DNA from: Clostridiales bacterium
Lineage (GTDB): Bacteria; Bacillota; Clostridia; Saccharofermentanales; Saccharofermentanaceae
Length of the DNA stretch: 64,000 bases
Assembly: GCA_017617295.1 (NCBI GenBank)
Contig: JAFZWN010000084.1
Coordinates: forward strand, 7,142-71,141
Reading direction: 5' to 3'
Below, piece by piece: positions 55,124 to 64,000 of this stretch; positions within the stretch are counted from its first letter, which is position 1, and each line of letters opens with the position of its first letter. The notes beneath the pieces are model-generated. The model worked only from the letters and a program-made list of their open reading frames with translations. It was not told the DNA's origin and searched no databases. The position numbers and the translations under genes were made by a program.

Positions 55124-56431
55124 TTACAGTAACGTTACCATGTTCCTTCCGCTGTGCTTTGAGATATACATCGCTTTGTCGATCCTGTTGAAAGCTTCAG
55201 TAAAATCATCTTCCGGCATAAGCTCGGTGACACCGACGGAACATGTTATATGACCTGTTTCCGGGAAGTCATATCCTTCAACTCTGACCCTGAGTTTTTC
55301 CGCGCAGTCTTTGGCGTTTTCTGCATCTTTCCCGTAGCAGACGATGACGAATTCCTCGCCGCCCCAGCGGCCTACGGAAGCTTTTTCTTCGACTGCGAAG
55401 TCTTTCATGATCCCGGCGAAATGCTTGAGAGCGGTATCGCCTGCGGAGTGACCGTATGTATCGTTTATGTTCTTGAACATATCAAGGTCGATGAGCATAA
55501 CGGAAACGGGATCATCGTTCTTCTGCTTAAGCGACATGGCATTATGGAACTGAGTCTCTATCTCGCCGTGGTTGAATACGCCCGTAAGCGGATCGGTGAT
55601 AGCCATCTCTTCATATCTCTTCAGTGTGGAAAGGATCTCCATGGAGTTCTCGTGGATATCCTGGACCATAAAGACGAAACGGTAGTCGTCCTCATAATTG
55701 GTCTGGGCGCGGCTGAAGATGAGCTTGACCCAGATGAACTTGCCTTCGAGGTTACGCATCATGCAGTCATAGGAAGCGGTACGTCCGGGCGTGAAATTCG
55801 CCTTCAGGTACTCGGGATCCGTACGGCGGAGGAACTGTGCCTGATCCTCGGGCCAGATCATGTTTACGATCATCATCCTCCAGTCGGAATACTTAAGGTT
55901 GTAATTAACTACATCATCGGAGATCTCGGCGACGTTGATGCTGCTCGTGGTGTCCTGTACCAGATCGATATACATCGAGAACAGGTAAGAACTCTGGATC
56001 GTAGTGATCTTCTTGGAAGTAAGCGATTCCTGCAGTGATTCGTTGTCGTCGAATTCGTCCAGGATAAGCAGATACTTCTTCGTCTCATCAAAAGGATATA
56101 CGGTCATCTGAACCAGATGAGCCTTTTCCTCATTCTCGAGAAGGAGCTTTAAGCGGCGGCTGTATTTTTTCTTGAAGATACCTGTGTTGTCTGCGAAGAT
56201 CTGATAATCTTCGGATACTTTCTCGTTTGAATCGTTAAAGTGGAACCACAGATCCAATATCAGATCATGATATCTTCCCGCCCCGGCCAGGAAGCTTTCA
56301 AAAAAGCCGCGCCGGATAATGGTCTTGTACTGGTCGATCTCGGGATCGACTATGATAGCGGCATCGACATTGTCCACAAATACTTCGGAAAGATCACTGA
56401 CATCATAATCATTCAAATTCTTGTCTTTCAT
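55124..56431 (-). CDS. diguanylate cyclase (GGDEF) with N-terminal sensor region
   Basis: 435 aa. Active-site RWGGEEFVIV and the D.D.FK.IND.YGH pattern. Confidence 0.88.
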   Translation of the reverse strand: MKDKNLNDYDVSDLSEVFVDNVDAAIIVDPEIDQYKTIIRRGFFESFLAGAGRYHDLILDLWFHFNDSNEKVSEDYQIFADNTGIFKKKYSRRLKLLLENEEKAHLVQMTVYPFDETKKYLLILDEFDDNESLQESLTSKKITTIQSSYLFSMYIDLVQDTTSSINVAEISDDVVNYNLKYSDWRMMIVNMIWPEDQAQFLRRTDPEYLKANFTPGRTASYDCMMRNLEGKFIWVKLIFSRAQTNYEDDYRFVFMVQDIHENSMEILSTLKRYEEMAITDPLTGVFNHGEIETQFHNAMSLKQKNDDPVSVMLIDLDMFKNINDTYGHSAGDTALKHFAGIMKDFAVEEKASVGRWGGEEFVIVCYGKDAENAKDCAEKLRVRVEGYDFPETGHITCSVGVTELMPEDDFTEAFNRIDKAMYISKHSGRNMVTLL

Positions 56432-56693
56432 ACCTCAGTCCTCGCGTCCTGATAATCTTATTACCTTCTTATCAAACCTGATATGCCTGATGTAAAACTA
56501 TTTTTATTATATAGCGCGAGTCAGATCATAGTGTTAACAAAGTGAAAACAAAGAAGTGAGATTATGTGAATGACGGGGAGTTACCGCTCCTTATCAACGT
56601 TGAACAGAGACTCGAAAGTCTCCGGTCTCATATGAAACTGCGGGAAGCACTCGTTAAAGATGTCACAGTATTCCTTTTTCATTGAATATCCTT

Positions 56694-57272
56694 TCAGACC
56701 GGGTTGCCTTCGCCGTCAGTCATGGGGTAGAAGCACTGTTCATACTCGATCCCGCTCCATCTGTCATGGTCGGGATCGTACGACTGAGTGTAATAATCAA
56801 TGACTTCGCCGCCGGAAAACTCCACCTTCATGATCCCCTCTTCGAGATCAACGGTGTAATACCCCCCGGCGTCCATCGAGAGACCGATGATATCATCCGC
56901 ATCGTCTTCATCCATCGCAAAGCTCATGATCAGTTCTCTTCCGTTGATGTCGATATTGACATCTTCAGCATCTATCCGGTACGGGTCGCTGTCTTTGATC
57001 CAAACAGATACGGGACGGTGTGATCTCCACTCTCCTTCTCTCAGCACGTACTCAAGTCCGCACTCCGGGTGTTCCTGATCTTTTATCTGATAGTTGTCAA
57101 AGACGATGCAGAGATCACCGTCGAGATAATAGTATCCCTTAAGTCCGAGCATATTACCGGGATCGCAGGCGAAGAGCCAGTCTTTTTTGCCGACGCCGTT
57201 GCATCCCGTTATCAGCGAAACGCAAAAAACGAAGATAAGGATGACCGTCGGTATCTTTCTCAGATTAAACAT
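56694..57272 (-). CDS. lipoprotein, unknown function
   Basis: 192 aa with signal + lipobox ILIFVFCVSLITGC. Confidence 0.65.
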   Translation of the reverse strand: MFNLRKIPTVILIFVFCVSLITGCNGVGKKDWLFACDPGNMLGLKGYYYLDGDLCIVFDNYQIKDQEHPECGLEYVLREGEWRSHRPVSVWIKDSDPYRIDAEDVNIDINGRELIMSFAMDEDDADDIIGLSMDAGGYYTVDLEEGIMKVEFSGGEVIDYYTQSYDPDHDRWSGIEYEQCFYPMTDGEGNPV

Positions 57273-57330
57273 AATACATCCCCTTTTTCGGAGTTACAAA
57301 ACGACTATACCATATAACACGTAAAAAACC

Positions 57331-58260
57331 TTATTTGGTCGCGAGTCCGGTCAGCCTTATATCGTCCAGCTGCCCGGCAGTCAAGGTCCCTGCATTATAT
57401 AGAAGAAGATATTCGTTCTCGATCGAGCTGTCAAAGATCAGAAGATCATCCGTATTGATCGTTACCTTTACTCCGTTTTCATACAGGATCTTTATTGGAT
57501 GATCCCTGAAGCCGGGCGCGTATCCGAGCATCACGTTACTGCTCGGACAGACGTTCAGCTGTATCCTGTTATCAGCGAGGAACCGCATGACTTCATCGGA
57601 AGAAGCAGCATGGATACCGTGATGTATCTCATCCAGTTCCAGTATATCCACGGCGCGCCTTACGTCCTCGGCAGAGCCGCTCTCGCCGACATGGATCCTC
57701 TTGATAAGACCGTACTGTGAAGCTTTACGGTACAGCGGAAGAAAGTCTTCAAAGGGTCTTATATCCTCGCCGCCGCACACATCGATCGACCTGAAGTATC
57801 CGCTGGATAAATACTGTTCGATCTTCTCCGCTTCTGCATTGATATCACAAGCTGATACATAAGTCAGTTCAGGCTCGAAAACTGTATCATGGCAGTACAT
57901 TCGGCGGCAGCTTTCAATGATTTCCCGGAAGGTATCCATTCCGCCGACGAGCTCGATCTCAGCGGCTCCGAAGTTCATGGAAAGACGCTTGATGTTGTTC
58001 CGCTTTGCTTCGGCAAACGCGCCTTCCCACCGGAGGATTATCCCTTCACTGCCGCTGCAGTACGGTTTGATCGAACCCGTGAACCATTCCTGCATGCCCA
58101 TAAGACCGTCGAATACCCGGGGCGGTCTTGGGAGTTTTCTGTCGATCTTCGTTTCGAGCCACGCGAGGCGGCATCCCTTGGTGGAATGGTTGTGCAGATC
58201 GCTCTTGGGAGCATCCAGAAGCTTTTGTCTATTGTTTTCTGTTAAACCGTCAACAAACAT
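57331..58260 (-). CDS. adenosine/adenine deaminase family protein
   Basis: Motifs DLHNHS, HVGESG, HGIHA and TINTDDLLIF. Start taken at Met20 (MFVDGL..). The track's 5' extension is Cys-rich junk within the divergent promoter region. Confidence 0.75.
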   Translation of the reverse strand: MFVDGLTENNRQKLLDAPKSDLHNHSTKGCRLAWLETKIDRKLPRPPRVFDGLMGMQEWFTGSIKPYCSGSEGIILRWEGAFAEAKRNNIKRLSMNFGAAEIELVGGMDTFREIIESCRRMYCHDTVFEPELTYVSACDINAEAEKIEQYLSSGYFRSIDVCGGEDIRPFEDFLPLYRKASQYGLIKRIHVGESGSAEDVRRAVDILELDEIHHGIHAASSDEVMRFLADNRIQLNVCPSSNVMLGYAPGFRDHPIKILYENGVKVTINTDDLLIFDSSIENEYLLLYNAGTLTAGQLDDIRLTGLATK

Positions 58261-58349
58261 GATCCAACCCGTTTTACCTTTAAGAACATTACAGGAAGAG
58301 TTACATTTCCGACACAATTATACCATTGATCCTGTAGTATAATGGCGAT

Positions 58350-60182
58350 ATGAAGATATGCGTTTTAATCGGTGACATGTACAGGGATTTTGCCCTGTCG
58401 ATCATAAGGCATCTTGATCATTATGCCCGGGAAAAAGGACATCGCATTGATGTGTTCGGAACCTGTTCGATCTACACCAGCAATCCTCTCTATGTCAACG
58501 GTTATAAGAGCATCCTTTCCCTTCCGCCTTTTCATCAGTATGACGGCATCATCCTCTGCTATGATACGCTTATCCATGAGGGGATGGGCAAGGATCTGGT
58601 CGATGATCTGCTCTCTGATATGGATGCTCCGCCTGTCGTCTGCATAAGGGCGGCGATTCCGGGGTTTTACAATATCATCCCCGATAACAAAGGTCTCATG
58701 TATGAGATCTCAAAGCATGTCATCTCCAAGTGCAGCAAAGGCGATATCGGTTTTGTAACGGGGAGAGAGGATCTCGAGGATTCTTTTGAGCGCAGGGCCG
58801 GATTTGAAGAAGCAATGCAGGAGGCCGGTATAGAGATCCCGGAGGATAAGATCTTCCACGGCAATTACTGGATCACTCAGGGGTCCGAGATGGCCGATTT
58901 CTTCATTAAGGAAGACGGGACGTTGCCCGAGGCGATCATCTGTTCCAATGACTATGAGGCGATCGCACTATGTAACGAGCTGATATTAAGAGGATATTCG
59001 ATCCCTTCCGATACCATCATCAGCGGTGTGGACAATGCTACGGAGGGAGAGACGCATATTCCTTCCATTACGACTATCGAGATCTCCAAGGAAGCTTTCG
59101 TCGATTCTGCGATGAAGGTCCTCGAGGATGCGGTTTCCGGGAAGAAACCCGAACTCACTACTTATGTCCCGGGCGAACTCATCCTTCGCGAAAGTACTGC
59201 AGATCAGGTCGTCGAGAGAGATGCTTTCCGTTCGCTCAGCATTCAGAATGTCGTCTCCTCCGCGTCGATGGACGACATGAGAGAATTTGTTGCCATCAAT
59301 GCCATTTTCGAGGGAGCCCTTACCGATGAAGCCTTAACGCAGATCGCGCTCGATCAGTTGAAGAGCGTTAAGAGCATAAAGTCGTGTTACCTGTGCAGAT
59401 ACCGCGAGAACGACCGCGAACTGACCGGGTATTTCCCGGATAGGGGGGAGAACCGTATCGTGAACATCTCATTCCCCGATGACAGATTCCTTCCCGACGG
59501 TCTCGACAGCGAAGAACACGGGATGCGCGTGTATCTGTCGCTCCTTTACAAGAATGAGGTCTACGGATATTCCGTCTTTGTTTTCGATACAGGCATACAG
59601 AGCTTTATCAATTTCAAGATCGAATTTCTGCTGGCTCAGATCGGGCAGAGCATAAACAGGCTCGAGCTGTATAACAAGCTGTTCGGTATCTCTGATGTTA
59701 TCAGTCTTTATATCAAGGATCCTCTTACGGGGATATTGAACAGGAGAGGATTCGATAAGAAGATATCCGCCATGTTTGACAAGGACGGAAAAAGGATCAG
59801 GGACATAGCCGTCGTGTCGATAGATATGGACGGACTGAAGGATATCAATGATACATACGGCCATAAATCCGGAGATGAAGCCATAAAGCAGACGGCGGCA
59901 TGCATTAACAGGGTGCTTGAGCCGGATGAGTTCGTAGCAAGGATGGGAGGCGACGAGTTCGTCGCGATAATCGTACTTTCCGAAGTCGGAAGGATCGGCA
60001 AGTTCATACGTAATGTCAGGAATAATATCAAAGACGTGAACAAGACGGGCAATTATCCGTATGAGCTCAGTTCCAGCATCGGCACATGCGAACTGACTGA
60101 CTGGCACGGCGTCATGGATTGTATGAGCAAAGCCGACAAAGCCATGTATCTTGAGAAAAAGGCAAAAAAGAAGAACCGCTGA
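58350..60182 (+). CDS. cytoplasmic LacI-type sugar-binding sensor domain fused to a GGDEF diguanylate cyclase
   Basis: 610 aa with no signal peptide. The N-terminal ~280 aa look like a PBP/LacI ligand-binding fold (IGFVTGREDLEDSFERRAGFEEAM..ICSNDYEAIAL). The C-terminus has RMGGDEFVAI. Confidence 0.8.
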   Translation: MKICVLIGDMYRDFALSIIRHLDHYAREKGHRIDVFGTCSIYTSNPLYVNGYKSILSLPPFHQYDGIILCYDTLIHEGMGKDLVDDLLSDMDAPPVVCIRAAIPGFYNIIPDNKGLMYEISKHVISKCSKGDIGFVTGREDLEDSFERRAGFEEAMQEAGIEIPEDKIFHGNYWITQGSEMADFFIKEDGTLPEAIICSNDYEAIALCNELILRGYSIPSDTIISGVDNATEGETHIPSITTIEISKEAFVDSAMKVLEDAVSGKKPELTTYVPGELILRESTADQVVERDAFRSLSIQNVVSSASMDDMREFVAINAIFEGALTDEALTQIALDQLKSVKSIKSCYLCRYRENDRELTGYFPDRGENRIVNISFPDDRFLPDGLDSEEHGMRVYLSLLYKNEVYGYSVFVFDTGIQSFINFKIEFLLAQIGQSINRLELYNKLFGISDVISLYIKDPLTGILNRRGFDKKISAMFDKDGKRIRDIAVVSIDMDGLKDINDTYGHKSGDEAIKQTAACINRVLEPDEFVARMGGDEFVAIIVLSEVGRIGKFIRNVRNNIKDVNKTGNYPYELSSSIGTCELTDWHGVMDCMSKADKAMYLEKKAKKKNR

Positions 60183-60203
60183 CGGGCGGTTCCTCTTCTT
60201 TTT
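60173..60203 (+). terminator. intrinsic terminator shared by convergent genes
   Basis: GAACCGC-TGACGG-GCGGTTC followed by CTCTTCTTTTT. The stem overlaps the TGA of the GGDEF gene. Confidence 0.6.
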
Positions 60204-61191
60204 ATATCTCTTGATCCAGTCTTATTTTCATATATCCGCATGTGAACGGGAAGAAGTCGAATCTCTGTGTTCCTATATGGACAGCGCCGTTATCCTCGTA
60301 CCACTTGCGGAGTACTTTATTCTCTTCGACGATGCTCAGGTTCATGGTATTACATCCGAGAGAACCGGCGATCCTTACAGAATGGTCCAGCAGCGCCTTT
60401 CCGATGCCCTTGTGCCTGTGATCGGGAAGGACTGCGATGCTACCGAGTTCGCACTCTCCGTTATCCTTTATCTCGAGCGAATAAAATCCTGCCGGAATAC
60501 CGTCGTCCTCATAGATATACATCGGCCTTTTCTGTTCGTTCATCCAGTATTCGATGCGCTCGGGACACATTGCAAATGCGGTGAACCTCGGCGCGTTCTC
60601 TTCGGTGAATCCGAATTCGTCCGCGACGGTCTTAAAGCTCTTTCTGATGATCTCCGAACATGCGGGTATGTCTTCGGGACGGACCTTCCTTATGGGAGAT
60701 CTGTATTCCATCCTGCATCTGCCCCAGGCTTCGTCATTATAGATGAACGGATCCTTCTCGATCCTTACGGGCTTAAAGCCGGCTCCTTCGTAACACTTCC
60801 TTGCCTGCTCGTTTACATCGAATACTATGAGTCCGACCGCATCGGCACCGGTCTTCCCGATGCCGTATCTGACGGCGGATCCGATCATCTTCTTGCCGAG
60901 GCCTTTTCCGCGTTTTTGAGGGTCGACGATCACGAACTTAAGGAAGCCCTCGTTAGTATCTTTGTTGAGCGAGTAGCAGAAGAATCCTTCCGGCTTACCG
61001 TCGTCCCCTACAGCCACGAACGGGCGGTCACCGTGACGCTTTCCTATATCCGCAAGCACTTCATGAAAGTTGTCCTTTTGAAGCGGAAAAGCGAACCTTC
61101 CCGCGCACCAGAGCGCGTGAGTCCGCTCATCAACGCTCCAGTTCTTTATTATCTCAAAATCATCTTCTTTGTTATATTCTCTTATATTCAT
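60202..61191 (-). CDS. tandem double-GNAT N-acetyltransferase
   Basis: Two GNAT cores (KRGKGLGKKMI and HRHKGIGKALL). Start Met44 at 61191 forms an ATGA overlap with the stop of the upstream GNAT gene. The track start at 61320 is unsupported. Confidence 0.75.
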   Translation of the reverse strand: MNIREYNKEDDFEIIKNWSVDERTHALWCAGRFAFPLQKDNFHEVLADIGKRHGDRPFVAVGDDGKPEGFFCYSLNKDTNEGFLKFVIVDPQKRGKGLGKKMIGSAVRYGIGKTGADAVGLIVFDVNEQARKCYEGAGFKPVRIEKDPFIYNDEAWGRCRMEYRSPIRKVRPEDIPACSEIIRKSFKTVADEFGFTEENAPRFTAFAMCPERIEYWMNEQKRPMYIYEDDGIPAGFYSLEIKDNGECELGSIAVLPDHRHKGIGKALLDHSVRIAGSLGCNTMNLSIVEENKVLRKWYEDNGAVHIGTQRFDFFPFTCGYMKIRLDQEI

Positions 61192-61730
61192 TGTTCTATA
61201 CCTCTGTGAAACTCTTCTTTTGTTATCTCCAGTTCGACTACTTTCCGCTTCTTTCCGTTGACGTCCATGACGGAATCGGAAAGTACGGAGGAAGGACGGA
61301 ATCCGCATGATCTGTAGCAACCGTATGCGGGCGGATTGTCTTCGTATACTCCGATGGTAACAGTGTCCGCACCAAGGATGTCAAACGCGTATTTAAGAGC
61401 CAGACTGATCATCTTCTTGCCGTAGCCTTGGCCGCGCTTTTGCGGATCTGCGAGGACCCATCCCAGGCGCAGGATCTTGGGGTTACCGTTTATGTATCTT
61501 ATGATCAGCGAACCGACCGAACCGTCGCTGCATACAGCCGTCAGAGGATAGAAATTATCCTCCTCGGAACAGTCACCGTTCTTTTCCAGATACTTCGTGT
61601 TTATGATGTCCGCCGTAAGAGGGTAGGGGCCGAATAATGTTCCGCCCCAGTTAAGGTATGTCTCTTCACTGTCACACCAGGAGGCGATCTTTTCCGCATC
61701 ACATTTCTTATATGGTCTTAATGTCAGCAT
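61188..61730 (-). CDS. GNAT family N-acetyltransferase
   Basis: 180 aa with the acetyl-CoA loop KRGQGYGKKMI. Confidence 0.8.
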   Translation of the reverse strand: MLTLRPYKKCDAEKIASWCDSEETYLNWGGTLFGPYPLTADIINTKYLEKNGDCSEEDNFYPLTAVCSDGSVGSLIIRYINGNPKILRLGWVLADPQKRGQGYGKKMISLALKYAFDILGADTVTIGVYEDNPPAYGCYRSCGFRPSSVLSDSVMDVNGKKRKVVELEITKEEFHRGIEQ

Positions 61731-61744
61731 ATCGTTTCTCCTTA

Positions 61745-62830
61745 TCAGTTAAATACGATGAGCGGGATAAGCATCTCGTCTTCCGTAAGTCCCGCATGCA
61801 TCGATCTGTAATCCGCATCGGTGAAATATATCGACAGATCACCCGTGGCAATGGCGATATAGTTACCCAGATACGACTGCAGGTCATCGCGCTCTTTGGC
61901 GGTGCCCAGCATCTTTCGCTCCAGTACTTCTTCAGTCTTCATAAGCCAAAACTTATCGCCGAATTCTTTGTTGAACTCCTTCTCGAAAGTCTCCTCCATC
62001 CCTTCTCTGACGAACAGGTTGAGGGTCCTTGGCTCGAGCGAAGGATTACGCTTAAGGCACTCATATATCTTCGGGTAATCTTCGATCCTGGCTGAAGACG
62101 TGTTGATGTGCCCGTGGTCTGCCGTTATGAAGACGATCGTATCTTCAAGATCCGTGAGTGTACTGACCTTTTCCTCGAGAGAAGCGAGCATATCGAATAC
62201 TTCCTTAGATCCTGAGCCGTATTCGTGGAGCGCTCCGTCAGGCTCACTCCAATAGGAGTAGATGTATTTCTTTCCGGGCTCGCTGCACAGCGTCTTTATC
62301 CTCTCAAGTATCGTATCTATGTCCTGCGGGAAAGGCGGCATGAACGGCATGCTCTCGTATGCGGTCCCACCTGCTTCGTTGATCCTTTGGACTACGCTCT
62401 TGTACGGTGTGTGCGTCCACGCGAGGTTGTAGTCGGCAGCGGGCTTGTCCGTATTCTGCTCTATGTTAAGAAATACCGTGACGTTCTTATCGACCTGCGG
62501 GTAATACATATCCCATCCGAGCCAGCCGTGCTCGCAGGGCTGAAGGCCAGACATGGCGGAAGTCGTGGCAGCAACCGTGGTAGGGAGGAAGACTGACGTA
62601 TATGATCCTGCCAGATGCGATCTGAATACACCGTCTTCCTTAAGATGGCGCTCTATGATCTTTGTTCCCATACCGTCGAGAAGGAGCACTACCACGTTCC
62701 TGTATTCATTCTGAAGGAAACCGTCTGCAAGCGGCAGTGTCTTGCCGACCGTTTCCGCCCCGAATGCCTTCAGGATCGAGTTAGGCAGGTTCGCGAGGCA
62801 GTTACTGTAATCGGGCATTATGATATCCAT
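61745..62830 (-). CDS. alkaline-phosphatase superfamily protein (nucleotide pyrophosphatase/phosphodiesterase-like)
   Basis: 361 aa. Metal-site motifs VVLLLDGMG and FITADHGH. AAGGAGG lies 7 nt upstream. Confidence 0.75.
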   Translation of the reverse strand: MDIIMPDYSNCLANLPNSILKAFGAETVGKTLPLADGFLQNEYRNVVVLLLDGMGTKIIERHLKEDGVFRSHLAGSYTSVFLPTTVAATTSAMSGLQPCEHGWLGWDMYYPQVDKNVTVFLNIEQNTDKPAADYNLAWTHTPYKSVVQRINEAGGTAYESMPFMPPFPQDIDTILERIKTLCSEPGKKYIYSYWSEPDGALHEYGSGSKEVFDMLASLEEKVSTLTDLEDTIVFITADHGHINTSSARIEDYPKIYECLKRNPSLEPRTLNLFVREGMEETFEKEFNKEFGDKFWLMKTEEVLERKMLGTAKERDDLQSYLGNYIAIATGDLSIYFTDADYRSMHAGLTEDEMLIPLIVFN

Positions 62831-62845
62831 GTCTAATCCTCCTTA

Positions 62846-62879
62846 ACAAAAAATCACCTGTCTCCAAGAGACAGGTGAT
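62846..62879 (-). terminator. strong terminator-type hairpin 4 nt upstream of the next gene's SD
   Basis: Minus strand: ATCACCTGTCTC-TTG-GAGACAGGTGAT (perfect 12 bp) + TTTTTTG, then TTA-AGGAGG-ATTAGAC-ATG. Confidence 0.8.
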
Positions 62880-63211
62880 GATCTTTTACTCTTATAAGTT
62901 CATTCTTCTCTCGGTATCTTATTCATACGTCAAAATACGACCGTGATATGCCACTGTCATTGTCACTCTATTTGAATATACGGATGCCGAAATGATCACG
63001 AAATGAACTCCTTTTTCTGATTTTGAAGTAGGTTAACATTAAGATCACTGAGTGTCAAGGTTCAACTTATCAAGGTTACGCGCGATCCATTCCGTCATCA
63101 TCCTGTTTGTCTCGCAGAACTCCTCGTACTTATCCTTCCCTGCAAAGAAAGCCGTTGATACGAACTGGTTTGCAAGTATCATGTAAGGGGGCGCTTCCTT
63201 CTCGAATCTCC

Positions 63212-63991
63212 TTATGCTTCTTTGTTCCAGATAGTCCAGTGAGGACCTTTGCCGTAGCCGATCTTCTCATAGAAAGGATCTCCTCCGCCTGTCATGTGAG
63301 TGGCGCCGAGCGGCTTAAACCGTCTGTAGTGTCTTGTGAGGGCGGCTGCAGCCAATCCCCTGCGGCGATGGTCGGGATGCGTACACAGGGGCTCCATATA
63401 TGCCAGGTGATTCTCGGGCACCCACCACATTCCCGAATAGCACACATACTCTTCGTTCTCATCAGCTATAATTACATCATACTGATGTGTGGAATGAGGC
63501 GGCGGCGACATGAAATCTGCATATCCGCTCTTATGGGATTTGGCGGGAGTCCATTCAAGTGAATCATCGTACTTATCCCAGTCCTTGAACTCGCCCTTAT
63601 CTCCGTGTCCGAAGCCGTACCAGCAGAGCTTGGATATCTTAACGATATCGAGATCCTTCTCTTCCACAAAGTGATAACCTTCGGGAAGTTCGTAGTTCAG
63701 TTCGTTTGCAAAATCGAAGACTTTATCTTCATATTCGAACACCATCTTGTAGCCTCTTTTCGCTGCCGCTTCCTTAAGGAACTCCTGTCCGTCAAAGAGG
63801 ATAAACTGCTGCTTGCCGTCGAAGTGCGGCATCGTTGTCATGGCATAGTCTATAAGCTCGTCCGCCAGGAATTCGTAGCCCGGACGCACCCTGAAATGTA
63901 TATCCGTAACAGGCGCTTCGTAGAATACGAATGCCACGACTTTGTCGCCGTCGAACCAGATCCTGTCTAGAAACGAATATGACGTATCCAT
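63212..63991 (-). CDS. GNAT family N-acetyltransferase (C-terminal GNAT core)
   Basis: 259 aa. Has HPDHRRRGLAAAAL. The frame stays open to the window edge, so the true start could lie beyond 64000. Confidence 0.7.
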   Translation of the reverse strand: MDTSYSFLDRIWFDGDKVVAFVFYEAPVTDIHFRVRPGYEFLADELIDYAMTTMPHFDGKQQFILFDGQEFLKEAAAKRGYKMVFEYEDKVFDFANELNYELPEGYHFVEEKDLDIVKISKLCWYGFGHGDKGEFKDWDKYDDSLEWTPAKSHKSGYADFMSPPPHSTHQYDVIIADENEEYVCYSGMWWVPENHLAYMEPLCTHPDHRRRGLAAAALTRHYRRFKPLGATHMTGGGDPFYEKIGYGKGPHWTIWNKEA

Positions 63992-64000
63992 CCACGAGCT

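Overview
64-kb chromosomal segment of a roughly 50% GC Firmicute. It looks Clostridia-like: a glmU-pth-mfd block, Pro/Thr-rich linkers in exported proteins, DUF4214/DUF6273-type surface proteins, and many GGDEF and GNAT genes. I call about 60 protein genes, 2 tRNAs (Ala-CGC, Arg-CCG), one FMN riboswitch in front of a RibU-type transporter, one textbook TetR-controlled promoter with two operators, several intrinsic terminators, and three unrelated families of non-coding repeats. I saw no transposase, integrase, cas gene, CRISPR array or rRNA. All product names come from motif recognition by eye with no database search, so family-level calls are safer than specific ones. Many track ORFs are antisense artefacts, and several real genes start at an internal Met. 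The most interesting locus lies on the minus strand. A tight operon (guanine deaminase, SPL-type radical SAM, Cof-HAD, two paralogous WYL-domain regulators) is followed by a 417-nt structured non-coding gap. That gap contains a 67-nt tRNA-like element with a perfect GGTTCGAATCC T-loop. An SPFH/band-7 gene and rtcB follow the gap. I read this as a candidate WYL-sensed RNA-repair module that lacks RtcR, RtcA, Rsr and archease. Other unexplained structures are listed here. (1) An array of four exactly 54-nt units, each bounded by TGTACCA...TGGTACA, at 44.08-44.45 kb. (2) A BIME-like mosaic of exactly 50-nt GTCCCT...AGGGAC units with a 12-nt linker at two loci, with one unit flipped between loci. 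(3) A membrane-tethered ECF sigma fusion. (4) A conserved bipartite motif upstream of two lipoprotein genes. (5) A strong terminator hairpin abutting the RBS of an alkaline-phosphatase-family gene. (6) A solitary HerA/DUF87 ATPase.
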